Shown here piece by piece: positions 48,848 through 62,300 of a stretch of 64,000 nt of DNA. Made by a program: the position numbers and the translations under genes. The notes under the pieces were generated by a model. The model was not told the origin of the DNA. It did no database searches and was given only the letters and a program-made list of their open reading frames with translations. How positions within the stretch are numbered: the first letter of the stretch is position 1; every line of letters begins with the position of its first letter. The DNA is from Macrostomum lignano. Lineage: Eukaryota. The stretch spans positions 1 through 64,000 of the forward strand of contig NIVC01003318.1 in the NCBI GenBank assembly GCA_002269645.1, in the 5' to 3' direction.

Positions 48848-50853
48848 ACTTCAGTAAAAAGAATTGAGAGACATTACGAAAGTCAAATATTTTTTATAAA
48901 TAATATTTACCTGTACAATAAGATTTGTTTTCGTCTAGTCGGATTATGAACTCAAGTATGATTGGATCTTATTTACTGTTACATGTAATGTCTTATACAT
49001 TTGTTGAATTATATTATCCGGAGTTAATCTAAACACCATCAGATCCACAAGCTAATTTTAACATAAATTTTGCCCCATCCTGCACACCTTTCTACGCAGT
49101 AGAGATTAATTACCAGAAAATTCACTAGATATTTGTGTTGCCATATACCAGTGCAAATACGAGCAGCAAATAAATTACAAAAAAAAAATTAATTCCATTC
49201 TGAGTGTGATATTAAAATTTCGTTCCGTAGACACACAAAATTGTTAAAGCATGCAGTTTGGGTGCATGCAGTTCACTGTACTGACTGAATTTATATGCGT
49301 TTCCATGTGCACAACACTGTCGCATGTTTGAATATTAAAGCTCTCCCTCTGATTCATAGAACTCACTCCGTTGTCTTGTTCAGGTGGAAATGTCCCTGCC
49401 GGAGTCTCACGGAGAGCTGCTAAGCTCAACAATTATACAATTATTAATGCTGAATTAGCGTACTTTGTGTTGTCTAATTCACTAATAAAGTGGTATTTCT
49501 CCCGCTATCTAACCTATGCCCCGTTTAACTGAGTCCGGTGAGATGAAGAGAAACTGCTGGATGCCAGTTTTATTCACACTGAATTTGTCTATGGCAAAAC
49601 CAAGGTGTACTCAAGTAGAAGGACGGAAAAGTACGGTTCTTGGAAAATTTTAAAAGGCAGGTTTTACCAAAGAAATACATTACGGAGATTGGACTTGGAG
49701 CTGGTTTTCATTTTTCCAGCAAAAAAATGTTATTGCTTTTGATAGAAGGGAGGCACAATTTTCATCTTTTGATATGCCTTGCCTTTCTTATAGACTTATT
49801 GATATTCATAAAGTTTTTCGTTACGTTTTTTTAAATTTTTCAAGAATTCAGTTTCTCCTTCTACTCGAGTAGCCCTTGAGTGAAACTCCATCCAGCGCCA
49901 GGTATCAAAGGATCGAGATTAGGAGTTAGGGTTAAGTCGTGGCTTAAAGAGAGGATTTAATACCAAAGCTCCAAGCTGGAATACTGATATCCTAGGCTAG
50001 ATAGCTGGCTTTCGAGGTGAATGCTTTTTGCTTTAAACACATCAGGTTCTTTCAGAAACTAACAATATCTAACAATATTCAGTGATTGTACAAGGTCAAA
50101 ATATGGATTTAGTTTATTCTAGCAAGTTGCTTCTCTCTTTGTTGCCTCCCATCGGGGGGCGCAGATCGCTAGTTCAATGACAACAAACTGAAAACTTTCT
50201 AGCTCGCCAAGAACAGTCTCAAGCAAATATTTTAGCACGGATTGCACGCCTAGCGTACTTCTACTTTAGTTGACCACGAAAACAGAAATGTTGTGAGGTT
50301 TACTAAAACTACAACTGCACTCAGGGGTATTGTGAACTTATTCGCATTGAGCTCTCCAACTAATAGTAATCGTAGGTTACGCAATCGGCAGCTTGAGTGT
50401 GGAGCAAAATGCCAGTTGCGAGCGTGCAAACTGATACAAACAATTTTGGCGTCAGTGGTATACTATTTGTTCGATAAAACTTCTGCAAAAGTAATAAAAA
50501 AAGTGTTGCAACCGTACACTATCTATAATCGCTATTATCAGTAGTCATGTTTTGCTGACCAGATATTTCTGTAAAGTTTGATGGCGGTGTATAGAGGCTT
50601 GTTCCCGAGAAATGCTGCGACTGTACGAAAAAGAATATGTACAATGATGGCAGTGTGAAGGAGTGCAAAAGTTGTGCCGCGCGAAAGGGAATGGTTAATC
50701 AGTAATTTCTAAAAGCACTACTTACAGTAATGTTCAGAATGCGTCGTCGTACGCAAATGAAAAATTTGTATAAGCAGTAGCTTTTTATTATTACTCGTAG
50801 AATCAGGGGTTTGTGTGCACTCTGGTACACTTTAAACGACATTGTTATTACCA

Positions 50854-51138
50854 ATTCCGCCGACTCCCCTGAGCAGGCGCACAAGCGCGCGGATACGTAC
50901 GCAGTCATACGCACAGGCACACACTCACACAGGAGTGTACAGCGGCCCTAACTTTATTTATCGTTAGGCATGTACACTTCACTGTGCCTTGGGGCTCGGC
51001 CCTCAATCGCATTAATCCCACGAGCAGAGCCAAGCCGAGATTCCAATTCAGCCCCAAATTAATGTGGACTGCACTTGGAATCGAGCCTGGGCCGCTGGTA
51101 CATCAGAGCGTCGCGCCAGACCACTGAGTCCCTGCCCC
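50854..51138 (-). mobile_element. tRNA-derived SINE (second family), copy 1
   Basis: Reverse-complement homolog of 57456-57739; B box GGCTCGATTCC. Confidence 0.85.
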
Positions 51139-51965
51139 TGATAAACATTAGTTTTATCAGTCTAAGAAATATTCAACAACAACTCTTCTTTCATTTACAA
51201 GAGTTCTGCAGAGTATTTAGATTAGCTGAGCTACCTGTAGTCCTCTAGAGCCTATTATTAGCTGCAAAACGGGTGGAGCCAAGAGTGTATGCATTTTCCA
51301 CCTTGCCTCTCTGCCTTCCAGGTCGCTCCTCCTTTCTAACGCTTACCTCTGATCCTCCCAATACACTCCCTAAGCTCAGCGTTTCTCTCTCCCCTCTGTC
51401 CGTTGTTGCCATGACAACAAAACTGTACCACAAACCCCGCCCTGTGAGCCAGGCAGGATGCTTGACAAGCGCGGATGGGTACTTTTTCCTTTCTATCTTT
51501 GCCCGGCAGTTCAGCTCTTCCCGATCCAGAGAGTGCTTATAGGTCGCAGTTTCACTCTCTCCCCCTCTCTCACCCTCTCCGTCTCTCCGTCTCCCAAATT
51601 CTCGTCCCGCTCATTCCTATTTTTTTCATTCTTTAAGGCTGAGCAAACGCTGATCCGCACAGATACGGGAAAGGTGTGTACACTGTAGTTGGGGCCTCAC
51701 AGTGCCTCTACCCTAGCCCATTGTCACCGCACTTTGAATTCAAAATCCAATATTAAAAAGATAGAAATTAAGGCTCTGAGCGGCATCATCAGCTTAAGTA
51801 CAGGAGAAGCACAGACAGTGGCTAGCTAAAGGTACAGCCACAGTTGGACATTGCTAGGGAGCAGGAATCAAATTACTTAATACGGCCCCGGTCCCGCCCA
51901 GTTTTATTGCTAAGGGGAAGATAATAAAAACAGAGTGAGCACAGCGGAGCATCTGCACAGCGTGC

Positions 51966-54900
51966 ATGAGCTCTGGTAACAACAGGGTGTCACCGGCGAT
52001 GGCAGCTGTGAACCAGGCGTTGGTGCCAGACAATGACAACGAGCTGGTGGCGTCGGCGCGGCCCCAGCCGGGACGTGCGATACCCAACGCGCCGGAGTAC
52101 GGATCGCCCGAGCACTTGAGACGTGTCCCCGAGCCGTTGAAACAGCAGCAGCAGCAGCAGCAGGTCACCCTGTCGGAGAACCTGCCAGTTCAGATGGTGC
52201 GATTCCTGCGCTCAACCGAAGACGGCGGCGCGGACGATCAAGGCGTCGGCGTCAACATTGGGAAGTCGCGAGTTAACCAGGTGGTCACCTTCCAGGAGAT
52301 GATTGAGGTAAAAACACTTTTTTCAAATTAATGTCTTCATGCACAGACAGTTTAATTTTGACGAACGAAAACTATAAAAAGTTGCAATAAAGGCACAATC
52401 CCGCGAACTTTCTGTTAGAGAGCGTCAAAGATGACCGAGTTAAAAGCATAGGTAAAAAATTAAACTCCTCTAAAAACTAAATGAAGAGGCAACCAAACTC
52501 GATGAATGAGAACAGAGGTCAAATTCTGCTACGTCTTGGACGTCACATCGATCGGCCTAGAAGATGATTTGGGGAATCCACCAAAACGCATCTTGCCCTC
52601 CAAGTTGTTTTATATCTGAGGGTCCTGACGTTTTCTTCTGATACAAAACTCTTGTCTTTATTAGAGAAAAAAGATGTGACAGCTGCCTTTATTAAGCTAC
52701 GTTTACATCCATATATTCTCATGGGTCGGTGTTCTGGCTTAGAATGTTTGCTAAGTAAGGCGCAGCAAAACAATACCAGCTCATGACGAACCACACAGGC
52801 AGCGAAAGAAGGCCGAACCAAAGACCTGGACGAACTGATGGGTCCGTCAGTTCCAACGGGCCCAACCGGCGTGATCAAGGTGCGCAAGAACATCCCAATC
52901 GACAAGCGCGACTCCGAAGGCTACAGCATGCTGCACTATGCGGCCAGGAACAACCACAGCGATGTTTGCGAGCTTCTTATCAAACGAGGCGCTGACGTGA
53001 ACGTAGAAGGGCCGGATCAGATGACGCCGCTGCACCTGGCTGCCAAATATCGAAGGTCGCGGTCCAAAGCGGCGATTACTGTGAGTTTGGTGAAGGCCAA
53101 CTGATAAATAGACCATTCTGGATCTTTGCTCTTGTTTTTTATTCATTTTAGAGGTCTATGAATTGCATTGACGCTTTTATCTACCAGGCGATTAAAACAA
53201 TCTACCCAGGAGCTACCACTATCGACCCTCATATATTTATCAACGTTTACTCTCATGTAATTACCAATTTCCTACCCTAGAGTTAACACTGTCTACCCTA
53301 GAGTTAACACTGTCTACCCTAGAGTTACCACTGCACTGTCTACCCTAGAGTTACCACTGCACTGTCTACCCTAGAGTTACCACTGTCTACCCTAGAGTTA
53401 CCACTGCACTGTCTACCCCAGAGTTACCACTGTCTACCCCAGAGTTACCACTGCACTGTCTACCCTAGAGTTACCACTGCACTGTCTACCCTAGAGTTAC
53501 CACTGCACTGTCTACCCTAGAGTTACCACTGCACTGTCTACCCTAGAGTTACCACTGCACTGTCTACCCTAGAGTTACCACTGCACTGTCTACCCTAGAG
53601 TTACCACTGTCTACCCTAGAGTTACCACTGCACTGTCTACCCCAGAGTTACCACTGTCTACCCCAGAGTTACCACTGTCTACCCTAGAGTTACGACTGTC
53701 TATCCTAGAGTTATCACTGACTGTCCACAATAGAGTTACGTTCACCACTGTCTACTCAAGGTTGCTACTTTCCTTGAGTCTCGCCTGCTCCCTGGAACTT
53801 TTATTGACTTCGCAGACTACTTCTGGTGACCTGCTGGTTTTATATAGCTGTCATTGTTATTGTAAATGGTGATTTACAACTACAAGTACAACAAGGACCC
53901 GCCAAAAGCATTAAAGTTTGCAAGATTTGAGCAGCATTTAGATGCACACTAAAGCACTGGCTGTCTAAACAATGAAATGCCAAACCTCCGGAAACCTGGC
54001 CCCAGCAGCAAGCATGTCCACCGTTTGGCATTTTCTATTCCCAATTCCAGCTGTGTGTACCTTGCTGTTTCCATAGCAACCCTCGTGAGGTTTTAGAGCC
54101 TGCAGCAGCAGAAGCTTAATAATATTGCAAACTGTCTCCCCCCTCTCGCTCTCGCTCTCGCCCTCACCCTCGCTCAACTGCCCCTGTCTCTTCTCCATTT
54201 GCTTACTGAGAAAACATTGACATTAGCAGAGAATATTGGCAATAAAAAAATCAGTCTGTTCACGCTAGGAGCGCTGCTACTGAGTAGGACTAGCTATGCC
54301 AACCAGTAGTGAACTTTTTGACAGTAAAGAATATGCACTAATAGGCGCATAAGTGTCTCGTTGAATCCAAACGCAATCGGCCTTTCATTCACCTAGAAAC
54401 TAACAAAGAAGGCGCGGTGTATTTTGTTGCCTTTGATGTCAACTAACTAGCTTGGGATGCTGACTGTGTGGGTAGGGCGTATGATGGAGAGTTAGAGCGA
54501 ACAGATATCTCAAGTCCCAGCCAATCACTACACGGCACACTTGACAAGGTGGAGGGTACAGTGGACATGTGTCAGCCAATCAGCGGTCACTTCAATATTG
54601 TACTACAGAATTGTACGTTCTGTAGGTGGGTGGGTGTCCGAAGTGGAACTTTCTCATTGGCTGGCAGATCTCACTACTTCTCAGTCTCTCCATGGATGCC
54701 CGACAGATCTTGTGTCACTTTTCTCGATTCTAGCTATAACGCGTCACGGGAGATCAATATAACTAGGGAAAGACTACCAAATGACATTAAATTTACTTAA
54801 ATTATTTCGCCTAATAAAATAAATAGAAACTGAAGCAATCTGGAAGTGCAGACGCTGTGACAGCCGCCGCTGACATTGGCACCGCCGGCAAAGGCGGAGC

Positions 54901-57900
54901 TTTTACAAATTTGCCGCCCATTCATAACGTGTCACTGCGAGGCAGAGCTCGCACAGCTGTGAGAAATGCTTGGATGAAATTGAAGCTTTTTTCCTCTCCT
55001 ACTGACCTGTTTTTGAGTCGGATTTCATCTTGGATTTCTTTTCTCTATCTAGATTTGAATTTTCAACAATTAAAAAATGATATCGAGAATTTCAACTAGA
55101 GGCCTTGATATTCGTTGAAAGACCCGATGAGAGACCCGATGATGGATCCCATGATGGACCCGATGATGGAACCAATGAGAGACCCGATGAGAGATCCCAT
55201 GATGGACCCGATGATGGAACCAATGAGAGACCCGATGAGAGATCCCATGATGGACCCGATGATAGAACCAATGAGAGACCCGATGAGAGATCCCATGATG
55301 GACCCGATGATGGAACCAATGAGAGACCCGATGAGAGATCCCATGATGGACCCGATGATGGAACCAATGAGAGACCCGATGAGAGACCCGATGATGGATC
55401 CCATGATGGACCCGATGATGGAACCAATGAGAGACCCGATGAGAGATCCCATGATGGACCCGATGATGGAACCAATGAGAGACCCGATGAGAGATCCCAT
55501 GATGGACCCGATGATGGAACCAATGAGAGACCCGATGAGAGACCGATGAGAGACCCGATGAGAGACCGATGAGAGACCCGATGAGAGACCCGGTGAGAGA
55601 CCCGATGAGAGACCCGATGAGAGACCGATGAGAGACCGATGAGAGAACCGATGAGAGACCGATGAGAGACCCGATGAGAGACCCGATGAGAGACCGATGA
55701 GAGACCGATGAGAGAACCGATGAGAGACCCGATGAGAGACCGATGAGAGACCCGATGAGGGACCCGATGAGAGAACCGATGAGAGACCCGATGAGAGACC
55801 CGATGAGAGACCCGATGAGAGACCGATGAGAGACCCGATGAGAGACCCGATGAGAGACCCGATGAGAGAACCGATGATGCACCCGATGATGGACCCTTGG
55901 GAAATGGACCCGATTACGAGTATGGACCCGATGAGAGACCCGATGACAGACCCGATGAGGGAAATGATGACAGACCCCAGAAAAATACTAAAAGCCAGCA
56001 ATTGGCCTATATACATGAATGGGTTTGGGTCATCGTTATATAAAATTTGTCGGATAAATTTCCACAGTCAATAGAAGGATATTTAGCTCGTAATAAATTT
56101 GTTGCCTTTTCTTGGGTGCTTTTCACTATCTATTCATTCATTCTTCGACTTTTTTACGTATCTATAACAATTTGAAAGTTTTTTTGGACACGAGAAAACT
56201 GTACAAAACTTTAACAGACGTCAATTGACAGGGATGATGAGGTATCTGAATCAAATTTGAATTATCTTGCAGTATAAAAATTAATAACTCTGTTAACTCT
56301 ACATACTAAGGTGTAACTATATTCGATGTGCTTCTCTTAATGTACTGTTGTGAAAACTGTCAATCAACCTTCAAATTTTAATTACTGTGCTTCAACTCTA
56401 AGAAAACGTACAACCTACAGGCAAATGCACAGAAAGAACTTTACTTTAACTATTTTACTTGTTAATTGAAGGTTAAATATTTGGTTCATCATTAAAACAA
56501 AAACTTCACACTCAACAGCGTACGAGACAGGCTGAGGCATCGACCAATGCAAAACTGGTATAAAGTCAATTTACAATTTTATGCTATGTCTACCTGTAAG
56601 CTTTTGTTGTAGTTGTTTGGACGTTTTTTGTTATACCGCGATGACCTTTTGTGACGATCAACTAAAATGTAACCGGCTTTTGACTGGCTCTGCTGCAATG
56701 TATTGATACTAAAATAACTAAATTGATTCTTTATTTAGCCCATCCTAACTATTTGAATCCGTGAGCAGAACAAGGTCCAATGTTCAGCAGTTGAAAAAAA
56801 TACAAGCAATACAAAATACAGTCCAGTTTAGACCTAAAATACCGTTTTATAAAGTTTTTGTTGTTGTTTGTATGATTAACAATTATTGTTGCTTACGAAT
56901 CCCTTGAGTTGTAAACTTTAATGCGTTCGACTTGTGCCCCCGCTTTGCTGATAGGCAAAGTACTTGCAGTTTATCACATATTTTTAATTCTATAGTTTTT
57001 TGTTCACGCAGTCGCTTTGTACAATGTTGAACTGCTGCTTTTTAAAGCTTACAAAGCCTACTCTCCTTACCTTGTCGTTTTAGAAGAATGAAGACGAGTC
57101 GGAGAGTCTTGCGTTGAAGCCGCAGGTAAGCTGAGTCGATGTCTTCTGTTTTGGTTGAACCCGATTTCACTGCTTGATGTCTTTTGTTTCCTCAAAAGTC
57201 GATACGATGCACTTATAATCCATCGTTAATTGACTTGATCTGAACGTGAATTATATTCTTTACCGATTTTCCTTTAAAGTTTTTCCTAGATGTTACTTTA
57301 TGTAATAGCTGTCGTTAATTTACTGATATACAGGCATATGGCAGAGAGACACTAAGATAATAAAGCAGAGCGACCGACAGACTTAAAGACACACAGACAG
57401 ACAGACACTTTAAGATAATAAGACAGAGAGACCGACAGATCCAAACCTAAGACGAGGGCCGTAGTACAGTGGTCCAGCGCGGCGCTCTGGTGTGCCAGCA
57501 GCCCAGGTTCGATTCCAAGTGCAGTCACATTAATTTGAGGCTAAATTGGAATCTTGGCTTGGCTCTTCTCGTGCAATTAACAGCCTTGAGAGCCAACCCC
57601 CCAAGGCACAGTGAGGTGTACATGCCTAACGATTAATCAAGTTAGGGCCGCTGTACACTCCTGTGTGAGTGTGTGCCTGTGCGTATGACTGCGTACGTAT
57701 CCGCGCGCTTGTGTGCCTGCTCAGGGGAGTCGGCAGAATGGGCAGCAATGCCTCTCGCCGGTTATGTGACAATGTCGCTTAAAGTGCACCTGAGTGCACA
57801 CAGCCCCTGTCTCTAATCGAAAAGATTCAAAGACAGACAGACAGACATAAGACACGTAGACAGAAAGACAAGACCGATAGATACAATATATGTGAATGGA

Positions 57901-58887
57901 TGTATAACGCATAACGCATAACGCATATATACATCAACATGTTGCCTGATTACAATGCCCGATGACCTGCTACTACATGTAAAAAGCTTCTTTGCTAGCT
58001 TCTCTTCCACACTATCCATAATATTCAATTACCTTTGCAAACATCTACTGTTCCATTTGCCAGTATTTAGCAGTTTTGGAATCGAACGCCGAATACGATT
58101 CCGATAGCGATGTAAGTGCTCCGATCCCAGTGTAGCGAATTTTTAATAACTCTTTGAGGTCATTCATGCGCTATTTCGAGCCGTAGTGATGCTCATCCTC
58201 CGGCTTCTATGTTTCGTGTGTATTCAAAACACGGAAGTAAAGTAAACAAAAATTCGCCTGACACATGGTAACTGTTACATATAATCACACTGCCTCGAGC
58301 AATTTCGTTTAAATATGCTTATCTTAAATTTGCGGTATTGAAATGAATAAACTATCTATTGTCTTGATATTGCATGGTATCTCTCAACATGATAACACTA
58401 ACGGCTATGGCTACTTTTAGGATATTGCACTCTTAGTTGCAAAGGAACGCGTTAAAAATTAGTGGAAAAGTTTAACAGCATTATGATTAGGTGCACGATA
58501 AAATCCAAAAAATGGTGCTTTTCATGATCAAAAACTGATTTTGCTGTTTAAGCTTCGGTGTCAGCCTTTGATAAAGTCGGTAATAAAGTTAATGCACGGA
58601 TCATTTTTAAGTTAATGTGAAACTTTGCCAAACTGTTGCTGTATCTAGCTGGGCCCTACTTTTCATCGTAGGACGAACGGGACGCGGTCTACATCCTGCT
58701 GAGACATGGAGCCGATTTTACTCAAAAAGATTTCTACGGTTGCACACCTTTGCACTACGCCGCTATGAAGGGCAACCTCGTGGCCAGCAGGTGCCTATTG
58801 CACTTTGAGTCGATGCGACAGAAAGGACGAGTGATCAGCGCCGACAGGGTGGAATGCGTCTACAGCACTCGAGTGCCCATCTGGAGG
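51966..58887 (+). CDS. 5' exons of an ankyrin-repeat protein, TRPA1-like (exons 51966-52307, 52799-53080, 57084-57125, 58672-58887); gene probably continues beyond the window
   Basis: All three junctions are GT-AG phase 0 and keep frame: FQEMIE|AAKEGRTKDL, GYSMLHYAARNN, TPLHLAAKYR, micro-exon KNEDESESLALKPQ, DFYGCTPLHYAAMKGN. The pattern resembles invertebrate TRPA1 N-termini; the channel domain is not in the window. Confidence 0.7.
53272..53710. repeat. Intronic minisatellite, 21/26-bp unit CTACCCTAGAGTTACCACT(GCACT)GT
   Basis: About 18 tandem units of two lengths. Confidence 0.95.
55123..55980. repeat. Intronic minisatellite, 12-bp unit GATGAGAGACCC with a higher-order 48-bp period in the 5' half
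   Basis: Tandem units visible directly; they produce (MRDP)n and (GSLI)n ORFs. Confidence 0.95.
57456..57739 (+). mobile_element. tRNA-derived SINE (second family), copy 2
   Basis: A box TAGTACAGTGG and B box GGTTCGATTCC; body nearly identical to 50854-51138 in inverted orientation. Confidence 0.85.
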
Positions 58888-59369
58888 GTGAGCGCGTTTC
58901 ATATGCGACCAAATCTTCCCATAGTTTTTTCCGGAGTTTCCCCCAGGAACTGTAAAAACTACCTAGCACACCGAGTACAATGACAAAATCTTAGTTGACT
59001 ATAAGGTCTCATCGACCTTTTCCACGGCGTCAAATAAAGCGACGATGAAATGGAACCCGGGGGTAAAGCTTCGGACTACATTCGGGTCCCTCTCTCGGGC
59101 TCCCTCCCTGGCTTCTGGTCGACAGCTCTAAGTAGCGGTTTGGTCGGGTCGGTTGTTAACATCTCAAAATGCCCAAAAGTGAATTGTACTTTCGTTTTTA
59201 CTGCTTGTCGAATAGGTTTTTTCTACTTAGCTTGGACCACACCTGTGACCTTGGACGTCACACGTTTAATGCTTTAGAACGTAGATATCATTGTACGAAC
59301 CACATCCTAATCTTGATAATATTTTGCAGGCGATCTCCTATAGACTTTTTCTAATATGTGACTTGAACA

Positions 59370-62300
59370 TCCTAATACTAAAACTGACGCGATGTTTGTC
59401 TGTGTGTGTGTGTGTTGCAATCTTAATACTAAAGTTGGTGCGTTGTTTGTTTGTTTGTTTGTCTGTTTGTTTGTAGGATATCTCCTCCTAGACTACGTGC
59501 AACTCAGCGTTGAAACTTATATGGGAATACTGCAAATTTTCCGGAATCGGCTTTAGGCTGTTTTAATCTTTCATTTTTTAATTTTAAGATCCCTAAAAAA
59601 GCAGAAATCTGATTTCCTAACCTTCTCTGGACACTTTTTCTGCTCGGAGCTGAAAATTGGCATAAATTTTGAGTGATTACGCCACAACTTTTTCCTATGT
59701 CGCCAGTGCATTTTCTCTCCTGTGGGGGAATGGGCGCGTTCTCATTGGCGGCGTGTGTACAATCGGACCCTGGCTCACTGGCTGACTTTATAGACAATTG
59801 CGCAACTATTTGTGTTCTGTTTTTTAACAGGAAGCCCTGTGTATTTTTTGCACAGTGAAATTCAGTGCATTTTAATGCATAAACTCGCGAGCATCTTTAG
59901 CAGGCAGTGAAGGTACACTCGATATTTCAATGCTTAAAATCAGAAAGTTTCAAACGCTAACTGTTGCTCGATTTTTTAACTTTGAGAGACGAGACTTTTA
60001 TTGCTGGAAAGAGCTTGCAGCGCTGAGTTCGGGGATATAAGTTTTTTGCTTTAAATATGAAAATTAAATTCACAGCATTCAAGAAAAGATTTTCATACTT
60101 TTAGCTTTCTGCAAAGATTGTTCTCATTTTGGAGTTCAATGGGGGTTCGACCGACCCCCCAATAGTTGGTGGGGGGGTTCAATTTCTAGCTGCACTGCGT
60201 ATTGGAAGGGGGGTCGGTTGCTGTGTATTGGAGGGTTGATTTAGATTGCGCAATCTTTGTGTTAACTTTAACTGAGGCTGATACTGACTGCCTGAGAAAT
60301 AAGTTGCGCAATTTAATTGGTTCAATGTTTTTACGGCGCCGTTCAACACGCAGCTGTGTGTAGCTCTAACCCTAACCCTAACCCTAACCAATGAATTCTG
60401 AGAGCTGGGCTGTTTGACGTAGAAATTTCGATTTAGTCCAGTTTCACGGAGAGGATTTCTATTTCGCGGAGAATATTTCGATGGTGTTCAGTTTCACGGA
60501 GAGGATTTCGATAGTGTTCAGTTTCACGGAGACGATTTCTGTTGCGCGGAGAGGTGTTGGAAAATGGGATTCCGCTGATGGAGTTCAGGGAATGGAATTC
60601 CGCTGATTGGAGTTCTTCCCCTTTCTTCTCCGAAGGAGGAGTTGGCCTCGTTAATACTAAAACTGGTGCGTTGTTTGTCTGTGTGTGTGTGTGTTTGTTG
60701 GATAACTCCTCCTAGAATACTTGCAAGTCAGCGTTGAAACTTATATGGGAAAACTGCAAATTTACCGAGGATGGCTTTAGGCTATTTTAATCTTTCATTT
60801 TCAATTTTTAAGATCCCTAAAAAAGCAGAAAATAGCGGTCTTGACCTTTGATAATCTTAATTGTCCCCTCTTTCTGCTTGGAGCTGAAAATTTGCATCAA
60901 TTTTAGTGATTGCGCCATAAAATTTTTCTATCTTGGCAGTGTATTTTCTCTCAAGTGGGGGGATGGTCGCGTTCTCAGTGGCTGCGTGTGTACACTTGAA
61001 CCCTGGCTCACTGACTGACTTTATAGACAATTGCGCAACTATTTGTGTTCTGTTTTTTAACAGGAAGCCCTGTGTATTTTTTGCACGGTGAAATTCAGTG
61101 CATTTTAATGCATAAACTTGCGAGCATCTTTAGCAGGCAGTGAACGTACACTCGATATTTGAATGCTTAAAATCAGAAAGTTTCAAACACTAACTGTTGC
61201 TCGAGTTTTGAACTTAGAGAGGAGAGACTTATATTGCTGGAAAGATCTTGCTGCAATGAGTTCGGGGATATAAGTTTTTTGCTTTAAATATGAAAATTAA
61301 ATTCACAGCATTCAAGAAAAGATTTTCATACTTTTAGCTTTCTGCAAAGATTGTGCTCATTTTGGAGTTCAATGGGGGTTCGACCGACCCCCCAATAGTT
61401 GGTGGGGGGGAGTTCAATTTCTAGCTGCACTGCGTATTGGAAGGGGGGTCGGTTGCTGTGTATTTGAGGGTTGATTTAGATTGCGCAATCTTTTTGTTAA
61501 CTTTAACTGAGGCTGATACTGACTGCCTGAGAAATAAGTTGCGCAATTTAATTGGTTCAATGTTTTTACGGCGCCTTTCAACACGCAGCTGTCAACCCTA
61601 ACCCTAACCCTAACCAATGAATTCTGAGAGCTGGGCTATTTGACGTAGAAATTTCAATTTAGTCCAGTTTCACGGAGAGGATTTCTATTTCGCGGAGAAT
61701 ATTTCGATGGTGTTCAGTTTCACGGAGAGGATTTCGATAGTGTTCAGTTTCACGGAGACGATTTCTGTTGCGCGGAGAGGTGTTGGAAAATGGGATTCCG
61801 CTGATGGAGTTCAGGGAATGGAATTCCGCAGATTGGAGTTCTTCCCCTTTCTTCTCCGAAGGAGGAGTTGGCCTCGTCCTAATACTAAAACTCTAGCGAT
61901 GTTTGTCTGTGTGTGTGTGTGTTGCAAGTGAACTCCTACAATACTTGCAAGTCAGCGTCGAAACTTATATGGGAAAACTGCAAATTTTCCGGAGCAGGCT
62001 TTAGACTATTTTAATTTTTAATTTTCACATTTTAACATCCCTAAAAAAGCAGAAAACTGCTTTTTTAACCCCCAATAACCTTCTTTGGCCACTCTGCCTG
62101 GGGCTGCAGCCAGTTTGTAAAAATAGCCACCCCAACCTCCGCCCGCGGGCCGCTGTGTATTGAGGGGTGGTGGGTGCGAGTGGAAATAAAACCCCCCGCG
62201 TGTTGGGGGGGTTCAGTTAAATTTAATGCTTCCCCCAGAACGGGGGGTTGGGCTTGGGCTGAGTGTACATAGCAGTTGTACAGTGTAAACAGATAGATAG

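Noticed and set aside
53272-53710. CRISPR-like appearance of regular repeats (also 26930-27135)
   Set aside because: No unique spacers, no cas genes, and the context is eukaryotic.
57456-57530. tRNA gene (also 45750-45824 and 51060-51138)
   Set aside because: A and B boxes are present but there is no complete cloverleaf, and each continues into a repeated SINE body.
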